From positions 496,001 to 560,000 of the forward strand of contig CP060769.1 in the NCBI GenBank assembly GCA_023205875.1: 64,000 nt of DNA, written 5' to 3'. Positions 1 to 10,111 of this stretch are shown one piece after another. The position numbers and the translations under genes were made by a program. Below the pieces are notes generated by a model that made no database searches, was not told the origin of the DNA, and was given only the letters and a program-made list of their open reading frames with translations. Position 1 is the first letter of the stretch. Each line of letters begins with the position of its first letter. The stretch comes from Chloropicon primus (taxonomy: Eukaryota).

Positions 1-19
1 CACACACTCCGCTTGTCTA

Positions 20-1382
20 TTATTTAGTCTTTAGCTTACGTCTTAATCTAAGTTTCCAGATGCAAAGGAACAGTGCCGTGGCAACTCCAACGGTGATCCA
101 AGACCACTTGACGAGCTGCGGCCACGGCTGGCTGAACAAGTCCTTCCCGAATTTGTAAATGATCAGGAATTCCAGGATGGTGCAGGACAGGAATATCCAT
201 GTGAAGACGCCAAGCTTGTTCACTTGCTCCTTTCCAGTCTTCGTAATGAAGTAGTAGTACTCGTTCACCGCAGGGATCACCATGAAGAAAAACACGAAGA
301 GCCTGTAGGTGTTCAGCATGTTTCTTGGTGGTATCCAAAGAACGTATTTCATGAAGAAAGCGTTGACCTCGCAGGCCAAGCACGCTGCCGCCAGGACCAG
401 GCACTGAACGAAGCGCTTCGGGTTGCTCATCATGTTCCACTCGTATCGCTCCACCTTCTCTGGGGTGAACTGCAGGAAAAGGCGCTTCGCTTTCAGCAAA
501 AACGTCGGCTGGTCGCTCACACCAACCCACTCGTTGCCATACGCTTCTCTCTTTTGGATCCAAAACAATCCAATCAGCATCCCCAAATTGTTGCAGAGGA
601 CGACGTCCAGGATCCAGCTGTCCCACCAGCACTCGTTGAAGTTGGGAAGCATGTGGGCAAAGGTAAGCTCCATGAGTTCGAAACCTATCGACAGAAACAA
701 GAGTATTTTCCAATCCCTGAACACCATCGCCTTGGCGACCCAGCCAAAGAGGTGAGCCAGGACGAACTCATCCAGTAGAGTGTCCATGATGTTCGCAATT
801 TTGCTTCTCGGGTTCTCTGGAGTGAACACGCGGCAGTCGTTTCCATAAGCGCGTTCGTCCAGGGCGACTCCGAGCTCGTCGTACAGATACTTGAAGGACT
901 GTCGCGCCTGTGTGAAAAGCGGGGGTGAAAACGCAGTGATCGAAAAGTGTCAGGCTTCAAGGCACACGGCTCAGCGAGCTGGGAAGCTGTCCTACCTGGT
1001 TGGCGTCCATGAACAGGATAAGAACAAGGAAGAGCATGTAGAGCAAGGTCACTCCGTGCACTATCTTCCACACTATGGGGTGCGGTCTTATCATGAAGGT
1101 GTGGGGCGCATAAAGGGCAGAGTACGCCAAAAAAGTGGCAATGATCGCCGCAACTCCTTGCTTCACCCTGGCTTCGGTGGAGAACTCCGTCTGATACAGT
1201 CCAAACGCGTCCGAGAAATAAGCAAGCAGGCAGAGCCCACAAGCCATGACCGTGACCGTTCTCGGCCTATAAAATATTTTGGCGAGAGGGTCGACATCCT
1301 CAATCAGAGGGTGGGCACCAGTTCCCAATCCCGTTCCCGTTCCCCTCCCTTCCCCTCCCTTCCCCGACCGAGTTCGCACCAT
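20..1382 (-). CDS. PSS1: Phosphatidylserine synthase (base-exchange type), 2 exons; intron 908-995
   Basis: Exon 1 has IRPHPIVWKIVHG. A GTAGGA...CACAG intron joins MDANQ to ARQSFKYLYDELGV...DCRVFTPENP. Exon 2 carries the PSS motifs DEFVLAH, FELMELTF, PNFNECWWDSWILDVVLCN. Confidence 0.9.
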
Positions 1383-1999
1383 TCCTCTGCCCTATCCAAA
1401 ACCAAATCAATCCCAAAGCAAATAATCAATCGAACGCTCGGAAGTGATGCCAAGTCAAGCGAAACAATGCGAAGGACGGCAAGACGACTCAGGTAGCTCT
1501 CCGTCGAGCGCAGACCTAACGTCCCGGCCCAGTCGTAATGCTCGCTTCGTTCGTTCTGTTCACCACCAACCTCTTCTTCCCTCGCAGAACTCAAGTCACA
1601 CCGTCGTCCCTCGTTCTCCACGAACCCTGGCGCCAAATCCTTCAAGCGCGGTACCAATCCAAAGCTCGCGAGACGAAGCTTCGTTCTGACTCCCTCTCGA
1701 CGCCTGTTACCTTGGTCCTCGTCGCGCAATTCTTCGCCAAAGCGTTGATTCTCCTCTCCTCCTCGTTGGAGCCCCTCCCTCTCTCGGTTGATCTTGATCT
1801 GTCAAATTCAAGACGCGATCTTGGATTGGGGCGATGGCGGGATGGGCACAACTGATGCGGGTTTGACGACCAGGGGGATGGTCGGAGGGGAACAGTAGCG
1901 ACGTAGAGTGATACTACATCTTCAGGGCTTTCGATAGATACCTTGGTTGAAGGTTTTGGCGGCCGGAGTGAGGAGGGAGACCGTTATGACGGCTTGAAC

Positions 2000-4852
2000 A
2001 TGAGGCGTGGTCGGTACAGGACTCTTGGAGCGACCAGGAGGGGGGCTCAGAGGCAGGGGACGAGCCTGTTCGGGCAGGCCAGGTGGAAGCCCATTGCAGT
2101 ATTGGCCATCTTCATCGTGTTGTATTTCACGATCTCCTTCTCCTCGAGTAGGAGGCAGACCGATGCCATCGCTTACGGTTCGGGTTCTCGCGGGGGATCA
2201 CTTTTGGGCGGGGACTCCACCGCGAATGATGTTCGAGCGGAACCTTCTGGGAGTTCAAGGGAAGGGGAACTGAATGGCTGGGAAGGCTCAGAAGCAGGAA
2301 CTGAGCGATCGAGTGCAAATCCAGTGGAAGGAGACACCCAAGAACTACTGTCTCCGCCACCACCACCTCCACCACCACCACCTCCACCACCTTCACCGCC
2401 TTCACCACCGTCTCCTCCACCACCGTCTCCTCCACCACCTTCTCCTCCACCACCTTCTCCTTCACCTTCACTGCTACCGTCTCCTCCACCACCTTCACCA
2501 CCTCCACCACCTCCACCTTCACCACCTTCACCACCACCACCTTCGCCTCCTCCACCACCACCACCTTCGCCTGAAGCGTCGGGCACAACGGTGCCTGGTG
2601 CCGAGGAGGAGGAGGAGAAGGAGGAGGAGCGCGACTCTGCAACACCATCTGCTGGTCAGCACCTCCCTCCGCCTCTTGAGGAGGTTGAAGCGGAAAGGGA
2701 ATCGCTGCCATCATCGGAGGAGAACGCTGGTGAAGGGGAAACGGAAGAGGAAGGTGTGGCAGATCGAACGTCTCCACCTTCGCCACCGCCAGATGATGCC
2801 TCGGATGCTGAGGTGGAGAAGAACAATAGCGAGCATTCGCAGGCTCCGGTGGCTGACTCTGAGGAGCTTGGCAAAAACACGACGACGACGCTGGACTCGT
2901 CGAATGTGGCAGCAAAGAATGAAAGTGATGCATCGTCCCTGGAAGGCAAAGAGGGGGAGATTGAGCAGCAGCCTTCTCCACCACCAGCTCCATCACCGCC
3001 TCCGCCCCCTTCCGCTTGCGCCAGGAGGTCTCCCTGTGCAATCAATGCTGTGTGTCAAGCATCCAAGGTCGATCCGGAACAAAAGTTCAGGTGCCTGTGC
3101 AAGAAGGGCCACAAGGGGAACGCTTACTCCAATGGCAAGGACAGGTGCAAGACCAAGGAAGAGGCGTACCTGCAGAAGCTTTACGGTTACGACAAGTGTG
3201 ATGGATGCAAGTTTGTCAGAGCGATGAAGGCGGTCTTCAAGAGCACCAAGGACTTGAGGGTTCTTGACCTTGGCACGGGTTCGTGCGACGCGCTGAGAAA
3301 CATGCTGAAGATGGGAATGAACGCTACTGGCGTGGAGTCAGCCATTCTTTCGCTGGAGGACAACTGCCCAGACCTCTTGGAGTCGGGGGCGGCAATCACC
3401 ACTAAATTCGACGAGCTGCCCTTCCAAAACTCGACCTTTGATGTCGTGTTCGTTTCCCACGTCCTGGAGTTCGTGCCCAAGGACAGTCTAGACGATGTGA
3501 TCGCAGAAATAGCGAGGGTGACCAAGCTGCACGTCTTCCTTGCTCTTCAGACTCCGGGGGAAGGCAAGAGGAGCCATGGCAAGGTCGTGGATGGGCTGGA
3601 GCTGGAGACGTACTACTCAAACATCTGGTGGAGGGAGAGGTTCGCGGCTCACGGCCTTGACCTTTTCGACATCCAGACTCACATGATTCTCGAGCGGGCG
3701 AGGAGAAAGTCCATAAAGCTGGAATCGAGCGAGGTGGCCATGATGCTGGGCAAAGCTCCCCAAGCGGACTCGAGGGAGTTTCCTCTGATACACAAGGTGT
3801 ACTGCTTGGCCTGCAATTACATGCCTCTGATATCCTACATGTACTCGCCTCCCGTCGTAGTGTCCCAGTCGCAGTACAGGAAGAAGCTGACGATGGGCTA
3901 CACGATGGTTCTTGGGCCCTCTTCCTGCAACGTGATGAGGGGCCTGCTTGAGAACCCCCCATCCTCCATGAAGAAAGCCGTGGCTCTGCAGCCTGTGCCG
4001 TACACGGTGTCAAGGGACTGCCCAGATCTCTCCAATCAGAGGCTGGTTCTGGAGATGCCCCCCGATGCGACAAGGCTCCCTTTCAAGAGGCACAAGGCTG
4101 ACCTGGTCCTTTCCCTGTTTCACTTGGAGCTCATGACGGAGGGCGAGATCAAGTTCCACCTGGAGGAGCTGAAGAGGGTCACCAATCACAGGGTTCTCTT
4201 TCTGATTCACACGTGCGGCAGCGACTTTGCTTCGGAGACCTGTTTGGCGAACGCCATCCCCGGGATCGTAACGGTCAAGCCAAGGGCGTGGTGGAGCGAC
4301 TTGCTCGTGAGCCACGGCTTCGAGGCCGAGGAGATCAGCCATGCTTTGCAGAAGAGGCAGTGCAGGGCGGAGGAGACCAAGGAGAACGCGACGGCATCGA
4401 GGATGGGTTACTGCGACAGCATCCTCGAGGAATTGAGTGCCAAGTCGACGTACGAGCTTACGCTCCAGGACGTGTTCCCAATGTTTGTCAAGGCGGCTCA
4501 TCCGGAGGAGCAGGGGGACCTCGGCGACCTGATCGAGCAGCACAAGGCGAAAGAAAACGGCGAAGGGGAAGACGAAGATTCCTTCGTGGACCTCAAGTCC
4601 TTCAAGGAAAACTCCGAGCTCGATGCATTCGAGTATGAGCTCGCCCTCACGGGCACAAAAGACAGGCATCGCAGCAAACGCTACAAGGAGGAGCAGAAGA
4701 TCATGGCCAAGCTTCGCAAGATGTTCCCGGACACTCCTCCGGCGCCTCGGACGGCCCACATCTACAAGAGCCGGGGGTACAACGTCCGCTCGGCCCGGAC
4801 CCAAATTCCGCACGACGACGAGGAGGAAGGCGGTGGCCGTCGCCGCCTTTGA
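2000..4852 (+). CDS. Type II membrane protein: Pro-rich (SPPPP) stalk, EGF-like domain, two tandem SAM-dependent methyltransferase domains (CGR2/3-like)
   Basis: First ATG at 2000. N-terminal TM (PIAVLAIFIVLYFTISF), SPn repeats, 6-Cys EGF pattern (CARRSPCAINAVC...CLCKKGHKG...C), then VLDLGTGSC...LPFQNSTFDVVFVSHVLE and a second copy VLGPSSC...LPFKRHKADLV. Confidence 0.75.
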   Translation: MRRGRYRTLGATRRGAQRQGTSLFGQARWKPIAVLAIFIVLYFTISFSSSRRQTDAIAYGSGSRGGSLLGGDSTANDVRAEPSGSSREGELNGWEGSEAGTERSSANPVEGDTQELLSPPPPPPPPPPPPPSPPSPPSPPPPSPPPPSPPPPSPSPSLLPSPPPPSPPPPPPPSPPSPPPPSPPPPPPPSPEASGTTVPGAEEEEEKEEERDSATPSAGQHLPPPLEEVEAERESLPSSEENAGEGETEEEGVADRTSPPSPPPDDASDAEVEKNNSEHSQAPVADSEELGKNTTTTLDSSNVAAKNESDASSLEGKEGEIEQQPSPPPAPSPPPPPSACARRSPCAINAVCQASKVDPEQKFRCLCKKGHKGNAYSNGKDRCKTKEEAYLQKLYGYDKCDGCKFVRAMKAVFKSTKDLRVLDLGTGSCDALRNMLKMGMNATGVESAILSLEDNCPDLLESGAAITTKFDELPFQNSTFDVVFVSHVLEFVPKDSLDDVIAEIARVTKLHVFLALQTPGEGKRSHGKVVDGLELETYYSNIWWRERFAAHGLDLFDIQTHMILERARRKSIKLESSEVAMMLGKAPQADSREFPLIHKVYCLACNYMPLISYMYSPPVVVSQSQYRKKLTMGYTMVLGPSSCNVMRGLLENPPSSMKKAVALQPVPYTVSRDCPDLSNQRLVLEMPPDATRLPFKRHKADLVLSLFHLELMTEGEIKFHLEELKRVTNHRVLFLIHTCGSDFASETCLANAIPGIVTVKPRAWWSDLLVSHGFEAEEISHALQKRQCRAEETKENATASRMGYCDSILEELSAKSTYELTLQDVFPMFVKAAHPEEQGDLGDLIEQHKAKENGEGEDEDSFVDLKSFKENSELDAFEYELALTGTKDRHRSKRYKEEQKIMAKLRKMFPDTPPAPRTAHIYKSRGYNVRSARTQIPHDDEEEGGGRRRL

Positions 4853-5046
4853 GAGAGAGAGAGAGTCTCGTAGACACCTTCACTTTTGCTGCTTGTAACA
4901 CTACACTTAATTGTCTGCAACACAGAGGAAGCGAAGGAAGCGAAGGCGTCTTGAGAGTTGGTAGATTAAAACGTTAGCGGCGCACCCACTGGGCCTTCCT
5001 CGCTCGCTCAAGCAAATGCATCGTCCGCCGCGGGCGGTCGCCGTGC

Positions 5047-5700
5047 CTAGCACTTCCACCCGGGTCTGCAAAATCCGCGCTTGTTGCTCATGGCGTGGCC
5101 CAAGGCCGTGGCCTCGGACGCCCTGGTGAACCCCTGGGCCTGCTCCTCCTCCAGGGCCTCCTGGGCCCACCTGGCACGCTGCAGCCCAAAGTTCCAGTCG
5201 TCGTACTCGTACTGGCTGGTCCCCGCGTAGGAGAAGGCGTTCCCATCGTTGCCGTGGACGCTGGAGTCGGAAGTCTGACCCGCCATTCCGTGGGAGGCAC
5301 GTCCGAGGGCCTTGCTGTCGAAGTGCCCCGCCGACCCGGCGCCGTCCGGGTAGTACCCGGCACCGCTGCCGAACCCCGCGGTCGCGTGGGTGGCCGAGGT
5401 GCCGCTCGAGTAACCGTAGGGGTTCAAGGTGGAAGCCATCGTGGCACCATTCGCCTCAGACGCGGACAAGTCAATCTTGGCGTCCGAACCGGCGTAGTCC
5501 CCGGTGCTGGAGCCCTGGAACTGCTTGCTGGAGAAGGCCGTTCCGACATCCACGGACCTCGAGTGAGCCTTCCCCCAAAGTCCGCCGGACTTGGACGCGC
5601 CCCCGCCGCTGATATGGATGCTGCCCTGGGCGCTTGCGACAGCCGCGAGGGCCGCCAGGACGACGGTAACCGTCGTTGTCTTCGTAGTGGCGGTCGTCAT
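5047..5700 (-). CDS. Secreted Gly/Ser/Ala-rich protein of unknown function, 217 aa
   Basis: ATG start, signal peptide (VTVVLAALAAVASA), GC3-rich coding-like codons, ends ...NKRGFCRPGWKC*. Confidence 0.7.
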   Translation of the reverse strand: MTTATTKTTTVTVVLAALAAVASAQGSIHISGGGASKSGGLWGKAHSRSVDVGTAFSSKQFQGSSTGDYAGSDAKIDLSASEANGATMASTLNPYGYSSGTSATHATAGFGSGAGYYPDGAGSAGHFDSKALGRASHGMAGQTSDSSVHGNDGNAFSYAGTSQYEYDDWNFGLQRARWAQEALEEEQAQGFTRASEATALGHAMSNKRGFCRPGWKC

Positions 5701-6799
5701 CCCAAATCAGTTCGGTTGGATGCTTGGGAGGAAAGGAGGAGAAGGAGGAAAGCCTCGGTTGTCGTCGTCGCTCGCTGGCGTCTTCGTCGTGGTCTCGTCG
5801 TCTTCAAGGCGAGAGGACCCGGGTGGTCGTTGTCTGGAAGAGGGCGACTGGGCGTGCGGCGTTTCTGGAGGGGGAGGGTGCGCCCGGCGTGGACGGCCAC
5901 CCCTCCGCCCTGTGGACTCGCGTCTGCGTCACTGCGCATTTCGCGTCCCGGACATGTGATCCCAAGGACAAGATTGAGATTGAGGCGGAGAGGGGAGAGG
6001 AGGACAAGGAAGGAACACTATACGTCGTCGTCGCGAAGTAGATGAGCTACGCACTGTAACGCCAATAAGTCTATGTAGGTTTAGAACTATCTCTCCTCGA
6101 TTGCCGACATCTGCTGAGGAACAAATTCTGAGGCCGGATGTGTCCTCGCGGCACGAAGCCGAAGCCCGCCGTGGACTCCAAAGGCTGTCGGACCAAGCTC
6201 GAAAATCCTCAGCTCGCGGCTCCTGGAGGGTTTTCGGCTATTTCTACCACCTTCTCGATTTCTGACCTTCCTCCAGGCTCTGCTCTGTCTTCCGCTTCGC
6301 GCAGGGCGACAAGAGACCACTCTGTCGATGCTGAAGTTGGGCCTTCATCCGTGGCACGGGGAATGGCGTCGAAAAACCATGCTGCGGAACAAATAAGTCA
6401 GAATCGATTCGCTTCACGCCTTCGAATTAACTCTATTATCCCATTGGCATGATTGCACCCTGGATGATGTAGTCTGTCTGTCTTGTCGAAAGGTATGGAA
6501 ACGCAACCCAACCCCGTCTTTTTCTCTTTTGTCCTCCCCCAAAACCTTGGAACCGACGTAGCACACCGGGTCGCTGTAAGCAAGTCGTCGCCCTTGCGTT
6601 GGACTTGAGATCCACTCTTTGCTGCTCGGAAACGACTTGCTTTCCGAGAGAGTAGAAGGATAGGAAGCAACCGCCAATGCAGCAGTATTTTGCGTCTTTG
6701 GAATACTTTCAGCCCGTCACGACGGCTGGAGCTTCTCATTGAAATCGCAAAGGCGTTGTCATAAAGAAGAACCAAAACACTGGGTGCGAAGACCGCAAG

Positions 6800-8530
6800 A
6801 CTTAAAAATGATTTGCTGGGCGCTTAAAGACTGGACACACAAACAACCGATACACCCTTGCGTCAACCAAAACAGAAAAAAATAACAAGTAGATTGCGGC
6901 TGCGCATGAATAAGAATTATTATATTCATCGAAAAGCGTGTTGTCACGATTGGTTCGTGTTCGCACAACATGTTCTGCCCAGTAATTCTTTTTCCGTTCC
7001 GTTACTTGCATAAGCGATGCGACTGAGATAAAAATGAAATAAAAATAATAAAACAGTTTCTATTTTTTCATTTTATTTGCATGATTTGCATGATTTGCAT
7101 GATTTGCATAATATTCGTGTCACGTCGCACAGAATGAAAAACAAAAGAATATATAGGTACGGTTATAAGTGTCATAGGTTCTTCGAAATATATATTCTTT
7201 TGTTTTGCGCAAAGACAACATATTTTCTTATTTTCATGTCCAACCGTAACCCACCATTGGAGTTTTGATCGTGGCGTAAGAAAGCGATGACGCGAATTGT
7301 TTTTTTTAATGATTAAAAAGCAATAAGAAGAGAAAATATAATGGGCAAAACCAATAAGGTGAACCAAACAGTTAAACTGCTTCGCAGAAAAAAGAAGTTC
7401 CCTTAAAGAGCTTACACATGCGTATATTTGCTAAAAATAGAATCATCTTTGCACAACCGATTCGGGCAGGTTCAGTTGATGGAAATGTTATTAAAGGGCA
7501 AAGCAAAAAATCATAATAATACGTAGAAGAAGAAGCAGAAGAATTACAATAATAGGATACAAATGTGTTGAGGTGGCTCGGTATCTCTATCGTTCACATG
7601 AAATTGAAAACGGGCGAACGTAAGTTAGAAAGCTATTGAAACTTGATAAGGAAACTTTTTTTTCATGCTTCTATGTTTTCGCTCATTCATGAAAAGAGAC
7701 TCAAACGTTACAGAGAATCGAACAATTTGCTCTTTTATGAGATGAGTCGCAGTATATTGTTAGGAGCTCTTTTAGAATGCCAAGCCATTAATTACTTAAT
7801 AATATTTCGATGTAAACACATGAAGAGGAGAATATCATATTGATATAGCAAGAAGGTTTCGTGAATCACATGATTAGTTTCGCTTCCTCACTAAATGAGT
7901 TTGCAATATTATGTCGGACAACGACTTTAACATCAGCTCGTGTTTTATGATCGTTGTTGCGTGAATTATAGTAGTCACTATAATTCAAACCAAAGAAAGC
8001 CACTACATGTGTTTTTGGCCTGTGTTGTGCTGCTTGATGTCTGCAAAACTCTACCTGCCCTCTTCTTGATATTCTTTGTTGTCTGCCACAAGAATATATG
8101 TGGTGGTAAATATGTGCTGAGGAGCACTGCGCTGACACCAGCGATATTAACTGGAAGGCGGCCCGCAATGCCGCATATAGGATCGCTGGCGCGGGATCTC
8201 GCAATGATTGAAGTCAGCTAAAGATAAAAGCGACTGTGGTTCACCCTCACGCGGATCGGGATCGCTCTTCTTCTTAGAAAGATGTCACGTACACCTTAGG
8301 TTTGGTTGTGGGTTGTGTGTGAAGGAGAAAAGATACGTGCGTTGATTTTTTCATTCGATGTAAAAGTCGTTCGTACCGACAAGGCGGCAAGCAAGGCAAT
8401 GACTGGAGTTGTCGACGGATGGTGTTGATCCGTCCCTTCATCCCCAACTCTCAAAACCAAAACCATAGTTTTCCGAAACATTAGCAAAGTGTTTAATCCT
8501 GTGTACCAATGGATCGTATTACACTATTAT
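6800..8530. other. AT-rich non-coding island
   Basis: Hand-counted 60-bp lines give 18-35% GC (7021-7080: 11/60; 7261-7320: 20/60; 7741-7800: 21/60) versus 46/60 at 5341-5400. No credible long ORF. Confidence 0.8.
7075..7110. repeat. Tandem 9-mer (ATTTGCATG)x4
   Basis: Directly visible in the sequence. Confidence 0.9.
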
Positions 8531-8640
8531 TGGGGTTCGCCCAAATCTTGGGATTCTCCACAGGTCAACAGTCCCCCCTTGTTTAGGACATTGGAGGAAG
8601 CCGGCGCGCGGAGCGAACGCACCAGCGCAGACAGGTAGTT

Positions 8641-9870
8641 ATGTCGTCGACGAAAAGGAAAAGCTTGGTCCTGAGCGGCCAGCATGCTGCTCGAGCCCAG
8701 AGGGGTTCGATTATGCTCACCCCTCAGCAGAGGCTTGCAAACTTCAAGCAGAGTGTGACGACAGCGAATGCAACGGTGACCGAGACAAGCCAGCGCGCGA
8801 GCCAGAACGTGAAAAAGAAGCTCGAAAAGAGGAGGCGGCGGAACATCAACGCCCAGAACCTTCTCCAGCAGCTTGGGGACATGTCTGGCATCAACGACGC
8901 GAACTTGCTTTACGGGGAGAAGCCTCATTTGGGCTCTGACACCGCCAGCATGATGATGGCGAACACTTCTTACCTCAAGGACAGCAGCACCGCGGTTGCT
9001 GAGGACCAGGTCAAGCCGAAGAAGGACTTGCGGTACAAGCTCAAGTCCTTCAAGAGGCGGGCAGAGCAAAAAGTTCTTGAGACTTTTGGCAAATCCCCTC
9101 AGAGGAAGGCCAAGGAGACTGAGTTTGACACAATGTGGTACAAGGTCTCCAAGCAGGAACAAATCTGGAAGGAGCTCAAGGTGTTGTGCAAGAAGCTCCA
9201 GGACTCCATGCATGAGATCGGGAGCATTGGCTCGGAGATCTCCGAGCTCCTCGTGGAGCTTTGCAAGGAGGAGGACGATGACGAGCACAGCGAGCCGCAG
9301 GTGTCGACTTTGCCCTTGCTGAAACTGCAGTACTCTCTGGACACCATCTCCAAGGACACCATCCCGAGGGTGATCGACAACCAGCTTCAGGAGTCCGCCG
9401 TGGAGCCCATCAAGGAGTGGAGAGACGATTTTCCTGCGTACCAGTCCTGCTTGCAGAAGCGCGACTGCTTGGCGAGAGATGTTGACGCGTACGAGCGCAA
9501 GCTTGTGACCCTGGAGGACAAGGCCATCGACAGGAGGGACCCTGCAGAGATAGCTCGGAGGAAGGACCAGCTGGCAAGAGCGGAGAGGCGGTTCAAGAGC
9601 TTCAACACCGTGATGACCAACCACTTGAGGGATGTGGACTCTCAGAAGTACGAGAAGGGTCAGATCGTTGGAGACGGGATACTGCAGGCTTTCAGGCTCT
9701 GGCACGAGACTTGCTCTCAGCTCCTTCCGCCCTCGTATACTTTTGACTCGATGAGGAACACCCCAAAGAAGGACTCGATGAGTTCGGAAGCTAGCTTGCC
9801 CACTCCACCAGCAGTTCACGTGCAAGTCGAGAAGGGCCTTTCTCTTGACTCTGAGATGAGCGAGTACTAA
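8641..9870 (+). CDS. BAR-domain (amphiphysin-like) coiled-coil protein
   Basis: 409-aa ORF. Helical core with TEFDTMW...AVEPIKEWRDDFPAYQSCLQKRDCLARDVDAYERKL resembles an N-BAR domain. TGTAA at 9947. Confidence 0.6.
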   Translation: MSSTKRKSLVLSGQHAARAQRGSIMLTPQQRLANFKQSVTTANATVTETSQRASQNVKKKLEKRRRRNINAQNLLQQLGDMSGINDANLLYGEKPHLGSDTASMMMANTSYLKDSSTAVAEDQVKPKKDLRYKLKSFKRRAEQKVLETFGKSPQRKAKETEFDTMWYKVSKQEQIWKELKVLCKKLQDSMHEIGSIGSEISELLVELCKEEDDDEHSEPQVSTLPLLKLQYSLDTISKDTIPRVIDNQLQESAVEPIKEWRDDFPAYQSCLQKRDCLARDVDAYERKLVTLEDKAIDRRDPAEIARRKDQLARAERRFKSFNTVMTNHLRDVDSQKYEKGQIVGDGILQAFRLWHETCSQLLPPSYTFDSMRNTPKKDSMSSEASLPTPPAVHVQVEKGLSLDSEMSEY

Positions 9871-10111
9871 AGCGTGGATAGGTTAGACGACTCGACTCCT
9901 TCTCTTTGGAGAGAGAGAGAGAGAAAGACAGAGAGAGGAGGGGAATTGTAAGATAGAACTGTTTAACTTTTTTCAATACGACGCTATGCGACTTCGATCA
10001 CAACGACCGAGCAAGCAAGCTGGTCCCGTTGCGTGCCGCTCCATCGAGTTTCGTTCCAAGGCCAAGGCCAAGGCCAAGGCAGGGCAAGTCATCAAAGAGA
10101 CCCCTGATGGA

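Noticed and set aside
6052..8540. Terminal inverted repeats around the AT-rich island (AACGCCAATAA versus the reverse complement of TTATTGGGGTT)
   Set aside because: The match is only about 10 bp and imperfect, with no TSD and no transposase.
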